Translations under genes and position numbers: made by a program | Source of the DNA: Planctomycetota bacterium | GTDB taxonomy: Bacteria; Planctomycetota; Phycisphaerae; Phycisphaerales; SM1A02 | Assembly (NCBI GenBank): GCA_041161465.1 | Contig: JBEAUK010000127.1 | Coordinates: 1 to 53,091 of the forward strand | Direction: 5' to 3' | Length of the DNA stretch: 53,091 nucleotides | The notes under the pieces: model-generated | The model's database searches: none | What the model saw: only the letters and a program-made list of their open reading frames with translations | What the model was told of the DNA's origin: nothing | In this document: in pieces, positions 36,982 through 46,501 of the stretch | Numbering within the stretch: the stretch's first letter is position 1 | How the letters are laid out: every line of letters starts with the position of its first letter

Positions 36982-38478
36982 ATGCTCAGCGACCGCTCCA
37001 CTCTCGTCTGCGGCCAGACCCGCCTCCTCCGCACGCTCTCCAGCAGCCTTGCCTCCGTGGTCGCCGTCGCCGCGCTCGCGGTCGGCTCACAGGCGGGCGC
37101 CCAGTCGCCCGAGCTCCTGAAGAAGCTCAACGAGCCTTGGTCGCGCGTGACCGAGCAGTCGCGAAGCGCGACCCGTCTCTTCACCGCCTACCTCGACCTC
37201 ACGAAGCCCCCGCAGGAAGTCGGCGCGGACTTCAACCTCAAGACGATCTACCCGGGCATGGAGGGCTTCGATGCGGTCGCCAAGTGGGCGGCTGACAACG
37301 GCAACATGGGCAAGGCGCTCATCGACCTGCAGAACTGCCAGGTCCTGGGCGTTCCCTACGGCACCGAGGGCGTCGATCCGAAGTTCGTCGAGCGCGGTCT
37401 GGTCGTGTTGATCGCGCCCGGCGGCGACCTCACCAAGGTCGAGTTCCCGTATCTCAAGGCGCTCGAGACGATCTCGGCCTATGTGACCGCCGACATGTAC
37501 CGACTCTGCGAGGCCGGGAAGTTCGATGAGGCGTTCGCCGTCGGCGTGGCGCACCTGCGCGTCATGCGACAGGCTATCGACGCGCACATGCTCGAGGAGA
37601 AGCGGTTCTCGATGACCATGCTGGCCGACGCGATGTCGGTGCACCGCGACATCATCTTCACCTACAAGGACAAGCTGAGCATCGATCTTCTTCGCAAGCT
37701 TGCGACGAAGGAGTATCCGTTCCTCAAGCCGACCGACAACGAGCGCCTTCGCCGCATCTCGATTCCCGAGGGCGATCTGCTTGTCGCGAACGAGCTGATG
37801 CAGTCGGTGTTCGACGACACCGGTCAGGCGGACCAGGCCAAGTTTGCGGCCACCTTCTCCAGCATGCAGTCGCGCGAGGAACCGTTGACCGGCTTCGGCG
37901 CGGCCAAGCGCTGGGAGCGGGTTGCGGGCGTGCACGGCTCGCTCGACGCGAGCTCGATCAAGATGAACGCCATCTACGACGACTGGTGGCGTCGCTGGCG
38001 CATGCGCCCGTACGACCCGATGATGGCGCTTCCCACCGAGTTCTCTGTGGTGAATCCCGTCAAGTACGCGGCTGTGGTCTTTGCGATTCGTGACATCGAG
38101 ACGCTGTTCGACCTCCGTCGGCGTCTCGTCACCGAGTTCTGCGGTCTCGTGTCGGGCGCTGGCCTCTGCGGCTACCGCCTGCAGTTCGAAGACTGGCCCA
38201 ATGACATCGAGAAGGCCTACGCGCGCTTCTTCCCGAAGCGCTTCGACTTCGATCCGTATGACCGCGCGTACGGCCGCATGCGGTACGAGTACCTCGGCAC
38301 CCGCGAGCGCGGCATCGAGAGCGAGTACGGCCGCCTCGAGGTGACCGGCTGCATCCTGTACGCCCGCAACGACGACGGCGAGTTCAACGACGCCGCCCGT
38401 CACGCCGAGGGCGGCAAGATCGGCGACTTCGTGGTGTGGCCGCCGCTGCGCGCATACTCGCGCCAGCAGGGCGAGTGA
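36982..38478 (+). CDS. Secreted hypothetical protein (about 498 aa), no recognised domain
   Basis: Start at MLSDRSTLV… with a signal-like hydrophobic segment (LASVVAVAALAVGSQAGAQ). Coding-like GC3. Divergent from purD. Confidence 0.6.
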   Translation: MLSDRSTLVCGQTRLLRTLSSSLASVVAVAALAVGSQAGAQSPELLKKLNEPWSRVTEQSRSATRLFTAYLDLTKPPQEVGADFNLKTIYPGMEGFDAVAKWAADNGNMGKALIDLQNCQVLGVPYGTEGVDPKFVERGLVVLIAPGGDLTKVEFPYLKALETISAYVTADMYRLCEAGKFDEAFAVGVAHLRVMRQAIDAHMLEEKRFSMTMLADAMSVHRDIIFTYKDKLSIDLLRKLATKEYPFLKPTDNERLRRISIPEGDLLVANELMQSVFDDTGQADQAKFAATFSSMQSREEPLTGFGAAKRWERVAGVHGSLDASSIKMNAIYDDWWRRWRMRPYDPMMALPTEFSVVNPVKYAAVVFAIRDIETLFDLRRRLVTEFCGLVSGAGLCGYRLQFEDWPNDIEKAYARFFPKRFDFDPYDRAYGRMRYEYLGTRERGIESEYGRLEVTGCILYARNDDGEFNDAARHAEGGKIGDFVVWPPLRAYSRQQGE

Positions 38479-38526
38479 ACCCGTCGCGGTTCTGTTCGAG
38501 AAACTGAGATCGGAAACGGAGCAACG

Positions 38527-39525
38527 ATGGGCTCACACGCTGGTGCGTCGAACGGCGACATTGAGAAGCTGGTGGTGATCGGATCGGGTCCGGCGGGGTG
38601 GACTGCGTGCATCTACGGTGCGCGCGCCAACCTGTCGCCTCGCGCGATCATCGGCGTGCCGGCGTCGAATCCAGCGCCCGTGCTGCCGGGTGGGCAGCTG
38701 ATGCTCACCACCGAGGTCGAGAACTACCCTGGCTTCCCGCACGGGGTTTCGGGCCCGGAGATGATGGATCTCTTCCGCAAGCAGGCTGAGCGTTTCGGAA
38801 CGCGGATCACCGACGCCGATGTGGTGCGTTGCGACTTCACGCAGCGCCCGTTCGTCCTCGAGACGAGCGAGGGCGAGACGGTTCGCGCCCACGCGGTCGT
38901 CATCGCGACGGGCGCGACGGCGAACTGGATCGGATTGCCGAACGAGATTCGCCTCGCCATGAACGGCGGCGGCGTGAGCGCGTGTGCGGTGTGCGACGGC
39001 GCGCTGCCGGTCTACCGCGACCAGCCGCTCGCGGTGGTCGGCGGCGGCGACACGGCGATGGAGGAGGCGAGCTATCTCACGAAGTTCGCGTCGAAGGTGT
39101 ATGTCATCCATCGCCGCGACTCGTTCCGTGCGTCGAAGGCGATGCAGGCGCGCATCCTCGACAACCCGAAGGCCCAGCCCGTGTGGAATTCGGTCGTGGT
39201 CGATGTCATCGGCAAGGACTTCATCGAGGGCGTGCTCCTTGAGAATGTCGTGACCAAGGAGCGGACGACGCTTCCGGTTCGTGGCCTCTTCATCGCGATC
39301 GGGCACTCGCCCGCGACGAAGTTCCTGCAGGGCACGGGCATCGAGTTCGACGAGAAGGGCTACATCGCGCTGAAGACGCGGTCGAGCCGCACCAACATCG
39401 AGGGCGTGTTCGCGGCGGGAGATGTCGCCGACTCGAACTACCGTCAGGCGATCACCGCGAGCGGCATGGGCTGTCAGGCCGCGATCGACGCGGAGCGCTG
39501 GCTGGCCGAGCACGGCGTGCATTGA
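38527..39525 (+). CDS. trxB: Thioredoxin-disulfide reductase
   Basis: FAD motif VIGSGPAGWTA, redox-active CAVCDG, NADPH motif GGGDTAMEEA. About 332 aa. Confidence 0.95.
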   Translation: MGSHAGASNGDIEKLVVIGSGPAGWTACIYGARANLSPRAIIGVPASNPAPVLPGGQLMLTTEVENYPGFPHGVSGPEMMDLFRKQAERFGTRITDADVVRCDFTQRPFVLETSEGETVRAHAVVIATGATANWIGLPNEIRLAMNGGGVSACAVCDGALPVYRDQPLAVVGGGDTAMEEASYLTKFASKVYVIHRRDSFRASKAMQARILDNPKAQPVWNSVVVDVIGKDFIEGVLLENVVTKERTTLPVRGLFIAIGHSPATKFLQGTGIEFDEKGYIALKTRSSRTNIEGVFAAGDVADSNYRQAITASGMGCQAAIDAERWLAEHGVH

Positions 39526-39623
39526 TTCCGCCGCTTTGCGGTGGAGTCGTTTGAGCGGTCGCGGCTGCGGCCGCTTCCTCCGGTGGTTGGTGAACGAAGG
39601 CGGCTGACGCGAGCGGCCGCGGC

Positions 39624-40943
39624 TCAAGCGGCATCCGGCGCCACGCGCGTCATGATCTTGGCGACCACGCAGTCGCCCCAGACATTCACGACCGTCCGGC
39701 ACATGTCGACGAGGCGGTCGACGCCGATGATGACGCCGATCGCGGCGATCGGCAGCGGCTCGATGCCGCGTCCTGCGATCGTCGAGTTGACCGCCGTGAT
39801 CACGATCACCATGGTGACGAGGCCGGCGCTTGGGATTCCTGCAGCGCCGATCGCGGCGAGCACGCTCGTGACGACCACCAGCACGATGTCGGAGAACGCG
39901 AGGTCGACGCCGAACAGCTGGAAGAGGAAGAGGACGACGACCGCCTCGTAGAGCGCGGTGCCGTCCATGTTCATCGTTGCGCCGAGGGGCACGCAGAAGT
40001 TCGTCGCGCGCTTCGAGCAGCCGCCTTCGCGGATGCAGGTCTCGATGGTGACCGGAAGCGTCGCGTTCGAGCTCGAGGTCGAGAACGCCGTGAGGAACAC
40101 GCGTCGCATGTTCCAGAGGAGCGTCCAGCCGTTTCCGCCGCCGAAGACCTTGCAGTACAGCGGCAGGATCAGGAACGCGTGGATCGCGAGGCCAGCGATC
40201 GCGACCGCCATGTAGCCGAGGACGGGCGACGCGATGTTCTGGAGGCCGATCTTCGCGACGACTGCGGTCACGAAGAAGTAGAGGCCGATCGGCATGATCC
40301 AGAGGATCCAGCCGATGATCGTCATCACGCCATCGAGGAGCGACTGGAAGATGCCAAGCGCAGGCTTTCCGCGGTCGCCCGCGGCGGCGAGGCCGAGGCC
40401 GAGGAGGATCGCCGAGAAGATCGCCGCCATCGTCGAGCCCTCGACCATGTCCTTGATCGGGTTGCGCGGGATGATCTGCGAGAGGATGTTGAGCCAGGCT
40501 CCGGCGACGCCCGTCGACTGCGCCTCCTGCATGCGCTGCGCGCGCGTGCCGTCGGCCGCGAACTCGCGCGAGGCCTGCTGCATGAGCGCGTCGCGCGTCT
40601 CGGTCGGCACGCCGACGCCTGGCGCGAAGTATTCGATCATGGCGGCGCCGAGCGAGGCGGCGATCAGCATGCTCAGGACATACAGGACGACCGTGCCGAG
40701 TCCGAGCTTGCCGAGTTTCGCGGGGCCGCCCACCGACGCGATGCCGCAGGCCACGCTCAGGAAGACGATGGGGATCACCAGCATCTGCAGCGGGCGGACG
40801 AGGAGATAGTCGCCCGCGAGCTGCCAGTACGCGCCCGGTGCGCCGCCCTGCGAATGGATGATCTGCCCAGTCGCCACCGCCGCGAGAAGGGCCCCGAACA
40901 TGAAGGTGGTCTGGAGCTTCGCGCGCTTGGTCGACATCGCCAT
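39624..40943 (-). CDS. Dicarboxylate/amino acid:cation symporter (DAACS family, GltP/DctA-like)
   Basis: About 439 aa polytopic protein with conserved DAACS segments (…GATMNMDGTALYEAVVVLFLFQ…, …AIGAAGIPSAGLVTMVIV…). Confidence 0.85.
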   Translation of the reverse strand: MAMSTKRAKLQTTFMFGALLAAVATGQIIHSQGGAPGAYWQLAGDYLLVRPLQMLVIPIVFLSVACGIASVGGPAKLGKLGLGTVVLYVLSMLIAASLGAAMIEYFAPGVGVPTETRDALMQQASREFAADGTRAQRMQEAQSTGVAGAWLNILSQIIPRNPIKDMVEGSTMAAIFSAILLGLGLAAAGDRGKPALGIFQSLLDGVMTIIGWILWIMPIGLYFFVTAVVAKIGLQNIASPVLGYMAVAIAGLAIHAFLILPLYCKVFGGGNGWTLLWNMRRVFLTAFSTSSSNATLPVTIETCIREGGCSKRATNFCVPLGATMNMDGTALYEAVVVLFLFQLFGVDLAFSDIVLVVVTSVLAAIGAAGIPSAGLVTMVIVITAVNSTIAGRGIEPLPIAAIGVIIGVDRLVDMCRTVVNVWGDCVVAKIMTRVAPDAA

Positions 40944-40998
40944 GGGCGCGATCCTACCTCAGCCGCGGCGCAGGCATGCCGAAGGGCCTCCCAAGCGA

Positions 40999-41028
40999 CA
41001 TGCCCCGGCCGAAGTCGACCGGGGCATG
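40999..41028 (-). terminator. Hairpin CATGCCCCGG-(10 nt)-CCGGGGCATG about 27 nt downstream of aspS; candidate terminator
   Basis: 10-bp perfect stem read directly. Weak U-tract (UCGCUUGG) on the minus strand. Confidence 0.4.
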
Positions 41029-41054
41029 CGTGGTTCGTGCGGGAATTCGAGGCG

Positions 41055-42857
41055 TCAGACGCGCGCGGGCTGCTCGGGCGCCGTCGACTTCACATGGGTC
41101 TCGACGAGTTGCGCGGGGTCGACCGGGCCGGGGGCGTCGGTCATGAGGTCCGCGCCCGACTGCGTCTTCGGGAACGCGATCACATCGCGGATGTTGTCGG
41201 TTCCGACGATGTGCATGACGAGGCGGTCGAGGCCGAACGCGATGCCGCCGTGCGGCGGGGCGCCGAACTTGAGCGCATCGAGGAGGAAGCCGAACTTGGT
41301 CTTCGCGTCCTCCTGCGTGAGGCCGATGAGCTTGAAGACCGTCTCCTGCACCTTCTGGTTGTGGATTCGGATCGAGCCGCCCGCGATCTCGCTGCCGTTG
41401 AGCACGAGGTCGTAGCCGGCCGAAAGGCACGCGCCTGGATCCGAGTCGAGGATCCCGAACTGGTCGGGATTCGGGCTCGTGAACGGGTGGTGCAGCGCGA
41501 CCCAGCGCTTGCCGTCGTCGTCCCACTCGAACATCGGGAAGTCGACGACCCAGAGGAAGTTCCACTTGCCCTCGGGCACGATCTCGAGGTCGCGCGCGAT
41601 TCTTTGGCGCAGTTCGCCGAGCGTCTTCGTGGCGATGTCGTAGTGGTCGGCCGCGAAGACGACCACATCGCCCGGAACGAGTCCGAGCGCGGCCGTGAGT
41701 TCCGCGCGCACGGGCTCGAGGAACTTCGCCACGCCCGTCTCGAAGCCGTTCGCGCCGAGCTTCGTGTACGGAATGCCGCCGGCCTTGAAGGTCTTCGCGA
41801 ACTCGCTGTAGCCGTCGAGCACCTTGCGCGTGAGCTTCTCGTTCGGCGCCGGGATGCGGATCGCCTTCACGACGCCCTTGCGGCCGGCCTTGACCTTTGC
41901 GAGCGCGTCCTTGAAGACGGCGAACTCGGTCTTGGCCGCGATCTCCGAGACATCGCGGGTCTCGAGCCCGTAGCGGGTGTCGGGGCGGTCGATGCCGAAG
42001 CGCTCCATCGCGTCCCAGTACGACATGCGCGGCACTTCGCCGATGTCGTAGTCGAAGAGTTCCTTCCAGAGGCCGCGCGCGAAGCCCGTCATCATCGACA
42101 TGACATCCTCGCGCTCGACGAAGCTCATCTCGAGGTCGATCTGGGTGAACTCGGCCTGGCGGTCGGCGCGCGGATCCTCGTCGCGCATGCACTTGCAGAT
42201 CTGGAGGTAGCGGTCGCAGCCGGCGACCATGAGGATCTGCTTGAAGAGCTGAGGGCTCTGCGGAAGCGCGTACCACTTGCCCGGGTGGAGGCGGGCCGGC
42301 ACGATGAAGTCGCGCGCGCCTTCGGGCGTCGTCTTGATGAGGAGCGGCGTCTCGATCTCGAGGAAGCCGTTCTGGCTGAAGTAGTCGCGCGCGAACTTCG
42401 TGATGCGCGAGCGCGTGTGCAGGATGTGCTGCATGCGCGGACGGCGCAGGTCGATGTAGCGGTACTTGAGGCGCGTCTCCTCGCCGATCTTGTCCGCCTC
42501 GCGGTCGTCGGGGAGGATCGGCGGGGGCTCTGCGGAGTTGAGGAGCTCGAGCTTCTCGGCGACGAGCTCGATCTCGCCCGTCTCGAGGTTCGGGTTCGAG
42601 CCACCGGCGCGGATACGGACCTTGCCGGTCACGGCGATCACATACTCGCGGCGCAGCGTCCTCGCGAGGCTGACGAGGTCGGCGGGCGACTGCTCGAGGT
42701 CGAACACCACCTGGCAGAGCCCCTCGCGGTCGCGAAGGTCGGCGAAGATCAGACCCCGTCCCTGGTCGCGGTAGGTGTTGATCCAACCCGAGAGCGTGAC
42801 CGTCTGTCCGACATGGCTCGCCCGCAGGGAGCCACACATGTGCGTGCGCTTGAGCAT
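41055..42857 (-). CDS. aspS: Aspartate--tRNA ligase
   Basis: Start at MLKRTHMCGSLRASHVGQTVTLSGWINTYRDQGRG (canonical AspRS N-terminus). Class II motifs (…FRDEDLRADRQ.…, GGGIAFGLDRLVM). The 5-prime extension to 43412 is rejected. Confidence 0.95.
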   Translation of the reverse strand: MLKRTHMCGSLRASHVGQTVTLSGWINTYRDQGRGLIFADLRDREGLCQVVFDLEQSPADLVSLARTLRREYVIAVTGKVRIRAGGSNPNLETGEIELVAEKLELLNSAEPPPILPDDREADKIGEETRLKYRYIDLRRPRMQHILHTRSRITKFARDYFSQNGFLEIETPLLIKTTPEGARDFIVPARLHPGKWYALPQSPQLFKQILMVAGCDRYLQICKCMRDEDPRADRQAEFTQIDLEMSFVEREDVMSMMTGFARGLWKELFDYDIGEVPRMSYWDAMERFGIDRPDTRYGLETRDVSEIAAKTEFAVFKDALAKVKAGRKGVVKAIRIPAPNEKLTRKVLDGYSEFAKTFKAGGIPYTKLGANGFETGVAKFLEPVRAELTAALGLVPGDVVVFAADHYDIATKTLGELRQRIARDLEIVPEGKWNFLWVVDFPMFEWDDDGKRWVALHHPFTSPNPDQFGILDSDPGACLSAGYDLVLNGSEIAGGSIRIHNQKVQETVFKLIGLTQEDAKTKFGFLLDALKFGAPPHGGIAFGLDRLVMHIVGTDNIRDVIAFPKTQSGADLMTDAPGPVDPAQLVETHVKSTAPEQPARV

Positions 42858-42920
42858 AAGGGGCGGGATGGTACCCGTTGCGGCGGCGCGGGGGGCGCTC
42901 GGAATCGGTAGTCTTCCTGC

Positions 42921-44120
42921 ATGTCCGCCGCCCGCAAGGTGGTTCTCTTCACCGCCCAGGAACCCTCGGGCGACGCGCACGCAGCGCCCGTGATCGCACG
43001 GCTGCGCGAGGCGTACCCGGACATCGAGCCGGTCGCGTGGGGCGGGCCGAGGATGGCGGAGGCGGGTGCGACCATGCTCGGCCGCACCGCGGACGACGGG
43101 GTGATGGGTCTGGCGGGGATCTCGAAGGTGGCGGAGGTGAAGCGCCTTCACGACGAAATCGTCGCGTGGGCGCGTCTCAATCCAGTCGCGGTCCACATGC
43201 CGGTCGACAGCCCGAGCGCGAACTATCCGCTGTGCGCGCGGCTCCGACCGCTTGGCGCGCGCATCGTGAATCTCGTGGCGCCACAACTCTGGGCGTGGGC
43301 GCCGTGGCGCATCCGCAAGGTTCGTCGGCTCTCCGATGTCATGCTCTGCCTTCTGCCGTTCGAGGAAGAGTGGTTCCGCTCGCGCGGGGTCACCGCGAAG
43401 TTCGTCGGCCATCCCGTGCTGTCGAAGCCGCTTGACCTCGCCCGGTGCGCGGAGGAGGCAGGGCGTCTGCCGGCCGCCTCGCCGCGCGTCCTGCTCCTGC
43501 CTGGCTCACGGTCGAGTGAAGTACGGCGGAACGGACGGTTGATCGCGGACGCCTTCGCGCTCGTGCGTGCGGCCATGCCCGGCGCCCGCGCCGTCGCGGT
43601 GGCGTCGAACGAGGCGAACGCGCAGCGATTCCGCGCCGAGCTTGGCGACAAGGTTCCCGAAGGCGTCGACATCGTGGTGTCGGGCCGCGAGGTCAGTCTC
43701 GAGGGCGCGCTTGCGTGGTGCGATCTTGCGCTCGCCGTGTCTGGAACGGTCAGCCTCGACTGCACGCGGCAGGCGAAGCCGGTGATCGGGGTCTACCGGA
43801 CGAGCTTGCCGGAGGCGCTCGGTGCGAAGCTCGTGATTCGCGCGCCGAGCCTGCTGCTCCCGAACATCCTCGCCGGCCGACGAATCGTGCCTGAATTCGT
43901 GCCGTACGCGGGCGGCGCGCGTCGCATCGCCGACGAGGCGCTTGCGATCCTCGGCGACCCGGCACGAAGCGGTCGGATCGAGCGCGACCTGCGCGCGGTC
44001 GCCGATCAGTTCCTTGGCCGGGACCCTGCGCCGATCGCGGCGGAGATCGTCGCCCGCGAGGCGCGCGGAATGCGCGTCGACAACGCGGCGCTTGACGAAA
44101 TCGTGCGCGCATTTTCCTAA
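42921..44120 (+). CDS. lpxB: Lipid-A-disaccharide synthase
   Basis: N-terminal VVLFTAQEPSGDAHAAPVIARL and GT-B fold glycosyltransferase family 19 conserved segments. About 399 aa. Divergent from aspS. Confidence 0.85.
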   Translation: MSAARKVVLFTAQEPSGDAHAAPVIARLREAYPDIEPVAWGGPRMAEAGATMLGRTADDGVMGLAGISKVAEVKRLHDEIVAWARLNPVAVHMPVDSPSANYPLCARLRPLGARIVNLVAPQLWAWAPWRIRKVRRLSDVMLCLLPFEEEWFRSRGVTAKFVGHPVLSKPLDLARCAEEAGRLPAASPRVLLLPGSRSSEVRRNGRLIADAFALVRAAMPGARAVAVASNEANAQRFRAELGDKVPEGVDIVVSGREVSLEGALAWCDLALAVSGTVSLDCTRQAKPVIGVYRTSLPEALGAKLVIRAPSLLLPNILAGRRIVPEFVPYAGGARRIADEALAILGDPARSGRIERDLRAVADQFLGRDPAPIAAEIVAREARGMRVDNAALDEIVRAFS

Positions 44121-44192
44121 CCGGCGCCGCGCGCGCGCTACACTCCGCGCCGCTCGCTGCTTCGCTGCGGCGAACCGCAACACGCAAGGAGA

Positions 44193-46334
44193 ATGTCGAT
44201 GGTGCATCTGGTTGGTCAATCGGATCCTGGCTCGATGGTCGTCATGATCGGTCTCGGACTGATCGCCGTCGTCGCGTTGATCGGTGCGCTTTACTTCATC
44301 GTGACGCGCTGGATCGTGAATGTCGGCTCGAGCGAGATCGTCATCACCGAGCGCCGCTTCTCCGGCAAGCGCCTGCCCGCTGGCCGCGCGTTCGCAGCGA
44401 ACGGCGAGGTCGGCATCCAGGCTGCGTACCTCGCGCCCGGTCTCCATGTGATCCCGTGGCCGTTCATGCGCGTCGTCGGCAAGTACCAGTTCGTCACGAT
44501 CGGTCCCGATGAACTCGGCGTCATCACGGCGACCGACGGCGAGCCGATGCCCTCGGGCCGCATCTACGCGGAAGACAAGGCCGGCGGCTCGCACGACAAC
44601 TTCCAGGATCCGACCGCGTTCCTCAACAACGGCGGCATCCGCGGCAAGCAGCTGCGCTTCCTCACGAACGGAACCTTCAAGATCCATCCGCTGCTCTTCC
44701 GCGTCGAGAAGATCAAGAAGACCGTCGTGCCGCAGGGCGCCATCGGCGTCGTCACCGCGGCCGACGGCATCGCGCTCGAGCAGGGGCAGCTCCTCGGCAA
44801 GAGCGTCGAAGGCCACGACAGCTTCCAGAAGGCGGAGATCTTCCTGACGCAGGGCGGTCAGAAGGGCCCGCAGATCGAGTTCCTGCGCCCCGGCACCTAC
44901 AACATCTTCACCGACATGTTCCAGATCGAACTGCACGAGGCAGTGACGATCCGCGAGGATCAGATCGGCATCGTCGAGGCGCGCGACGGACGCCCGATGT
45001 CGAAGGAAGATGTCGTCGCTCCGACGCCAGATGTCGGCAAGCACAACAGCTTCCAGGATGGGCAGGCGTTCCTGAGCGCGGGCGGTTTCCGTGGGCCGCA
45101 GGAGGCGGTGCTGCGACCGGGTACCTACTACGTGAACCCGTATCTCTTCTCCGTCGTGGGTGCGCCGCTCACGGTCATCAAGCAGGGCGAGGTCGGCGTG
45201 CTGATCTCGAACATCGGCAAGGATCCCGCGACGATGCTCTCCGAGAGCGAGTCGCTGCCCGCGAGTTCGACCGCGCGTCATCCCGAGGACCCGGAGGAAG
45301 TGCGCGTCGACCGCGGCATCCGCACGCGCCATGTCGTGCCCGACGGCTTCCGCGGCATCCAGCGCAATGTGCTTGGGCCCGGCAAGTACAACATCAACCC
45401 CCGCGCGTTCACGGTGATTCCGATCCCGACCACCACGCGCTCCGTCGCGTGGGGAGGCGGCGCGACAGACGCGAACTTCGATCCGTTCCAGGTCGTCAGC
45501 TACGACGGCTTCGAGATGAAGGTCGAGGTGCGCTGCCAGTACCGCATCCTGCCTGAGAACGCGCCGTATGTCGTGCAGAAGCTCGGCTCGATCGCGGATC
45601 TCGAGGCGAATGTGATCCACCCGCAGATCGACGGCATCTTCCGTGCGCAGGTGTCGAAGTCGCCTGCGATCTCGTACCAGCAGAATCGCGCAGAGGAGCA
45701 GACGGCCGCCGAACGCGCGGTGCGCGAGGACCTGTCGGGCTACAAGGTCGAGGTGGTTTCGGTGATGATCACCAACATCCACCTGCCCGAGGCGCTGATG
45801 AAGACCACGCAGGAGAAGAACCTCGCCGAGCAGCGCAAGTCGATGTTCGACGCGCAGGAGCAGGCCGAGAAGCGGCGCATCGAGTTCCAGAAGACGAAGG
45901 CGCAGGCCGATCAGCAGGACTCGCTCATCCGCGCGGAGGTCGGTATCCAGATCGCGCGGCACGAGGCGGCGCAGGCCGAGGAGCGCGCGCGCGGTACCGC
46001 GGCGCAGATCCGAATCCAGGCCGAGGCAGAGGCAAGCCGCGACAAGCAGATCGGCGACGCCGAGGCCGCTGTCATCCAGGCGAAGGGCGAGGCGCAGGCC
46101 GAGGCGTATCGCAAGCAGGTCGAGGCGCTGACGCCGCAGGGCGTCACCATGGTCGAGGTCACCAAGTCGATCGCTGGCGCGGGCCTGAAGATCACCCCGG
46201 ATGTGGTGGTGGGCGGTGGCGGCGCCGGAGACTCGAACGGCGGTCTCGTGCAGTTGCTCCTCGCCAACATGGTTCGCGAGCAGCGGATGCAGCTGACGGC
46301 TGGTGGAGAGCCCGCCGCCGAAACCAAGCGCTGA
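44193..46334 (+). CDS. SPFH/band-7 flotillin-like protein (YqiK/FloA-like) with extended N-terminal domain
   Basis: AAGGAG SD 6 nt upstream of ATG. N-terminal TM, then a C-terminal flotillin-type EA-rich coiled coil (AEERARGTAAQIRIQAEAEASRDKQIGDAEAAVIQAKGEAQAEAYRKQVEAL). Confidence 0.85.
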   Translation: MSMVHLVGQSDPGSMVVMIGLGLIAVVALIGALYFIVTRWIVNVGSSEIVITERRFSGKRLPAGRAFAANGEVGIQAAYLAPGLHVIPWPFMRVVGKYQFVTIGPDELGVITATDGEPMPSGRIYAEDKAGGSHDNFQDPTAFLNNGGIRGKQLRFLTNGTFKIHPLLFRVEKIKKTVVPQGAIGVVTAADGIALEQGQLLGKSVEGHDSFQKAEIFLTQGGQKGPQIEFLRPGTYNIFTDMFQIELHEAVTIREDQIGIVEARDGRPMSKEDVVAPTPDVGKHNSFQDGQAFLSAGGFRGPQEAVLRPGTYYVNPYLFSVVGAPLTVIKQGEVGVLISNIGKDPATMLSESESLPASSTARHPEDPEEVRVDRGIRTRHVVPDGFRGIQRNVLGPGKYNINPRAFTVIPIPTTTRSVAWGGGATDANFDPFQVVSYDGFEMKVEVRCQYRILPENAPYVVQKLGSIADLEANVIHPQIDGIFRAQVSKSPAISYQQNRAEEQTAAERAVREDLSGYKVEVVSVMITNIHLPEALMKTTQEKNLAEQRKSMFDAQEQAEKRRIEFQKTKAQADQQDSLIRAEVGIQIARHEAAQAEERARGTAAQIRIQAEAEASRDKQIGDAEAAVIQAKGEAQAEAYRKQVEALTPQGVTMVEVTKSIAGAGLKITPDVVVGGGGAGDSNGGLVQLLLANMVREQRMQLTAGGEPAAETKR

Positions 46335-46501
46335 TCGGGCTTCCGAGGCCGCTGGAAAGCCTGTTTGCTCGGAATCAGCGCGCCCGCGGCGCGTCGGTGT
46401 TCCGAGCGATCCATCCCCACGCAGACCGCTCAAGTGGCTGCGGATGGGGGAGGTTTCCGCTAGACTCCGAACCCCGTCTGCGATTGAGGAAGGACACCCC
46501 C

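Noticed and set aside
40954-42837. 627-aa minus-strand ORF overlapping aspS in another frame. Also the 5-prime extension of aspS to 43412.
   Set aside because: The AspRS frame has canonical motifs beginning at MLKRTH (42857). The alternative frame and extension are Arg/Pro-rich artefacts and would overlap the divergent lpxB start.
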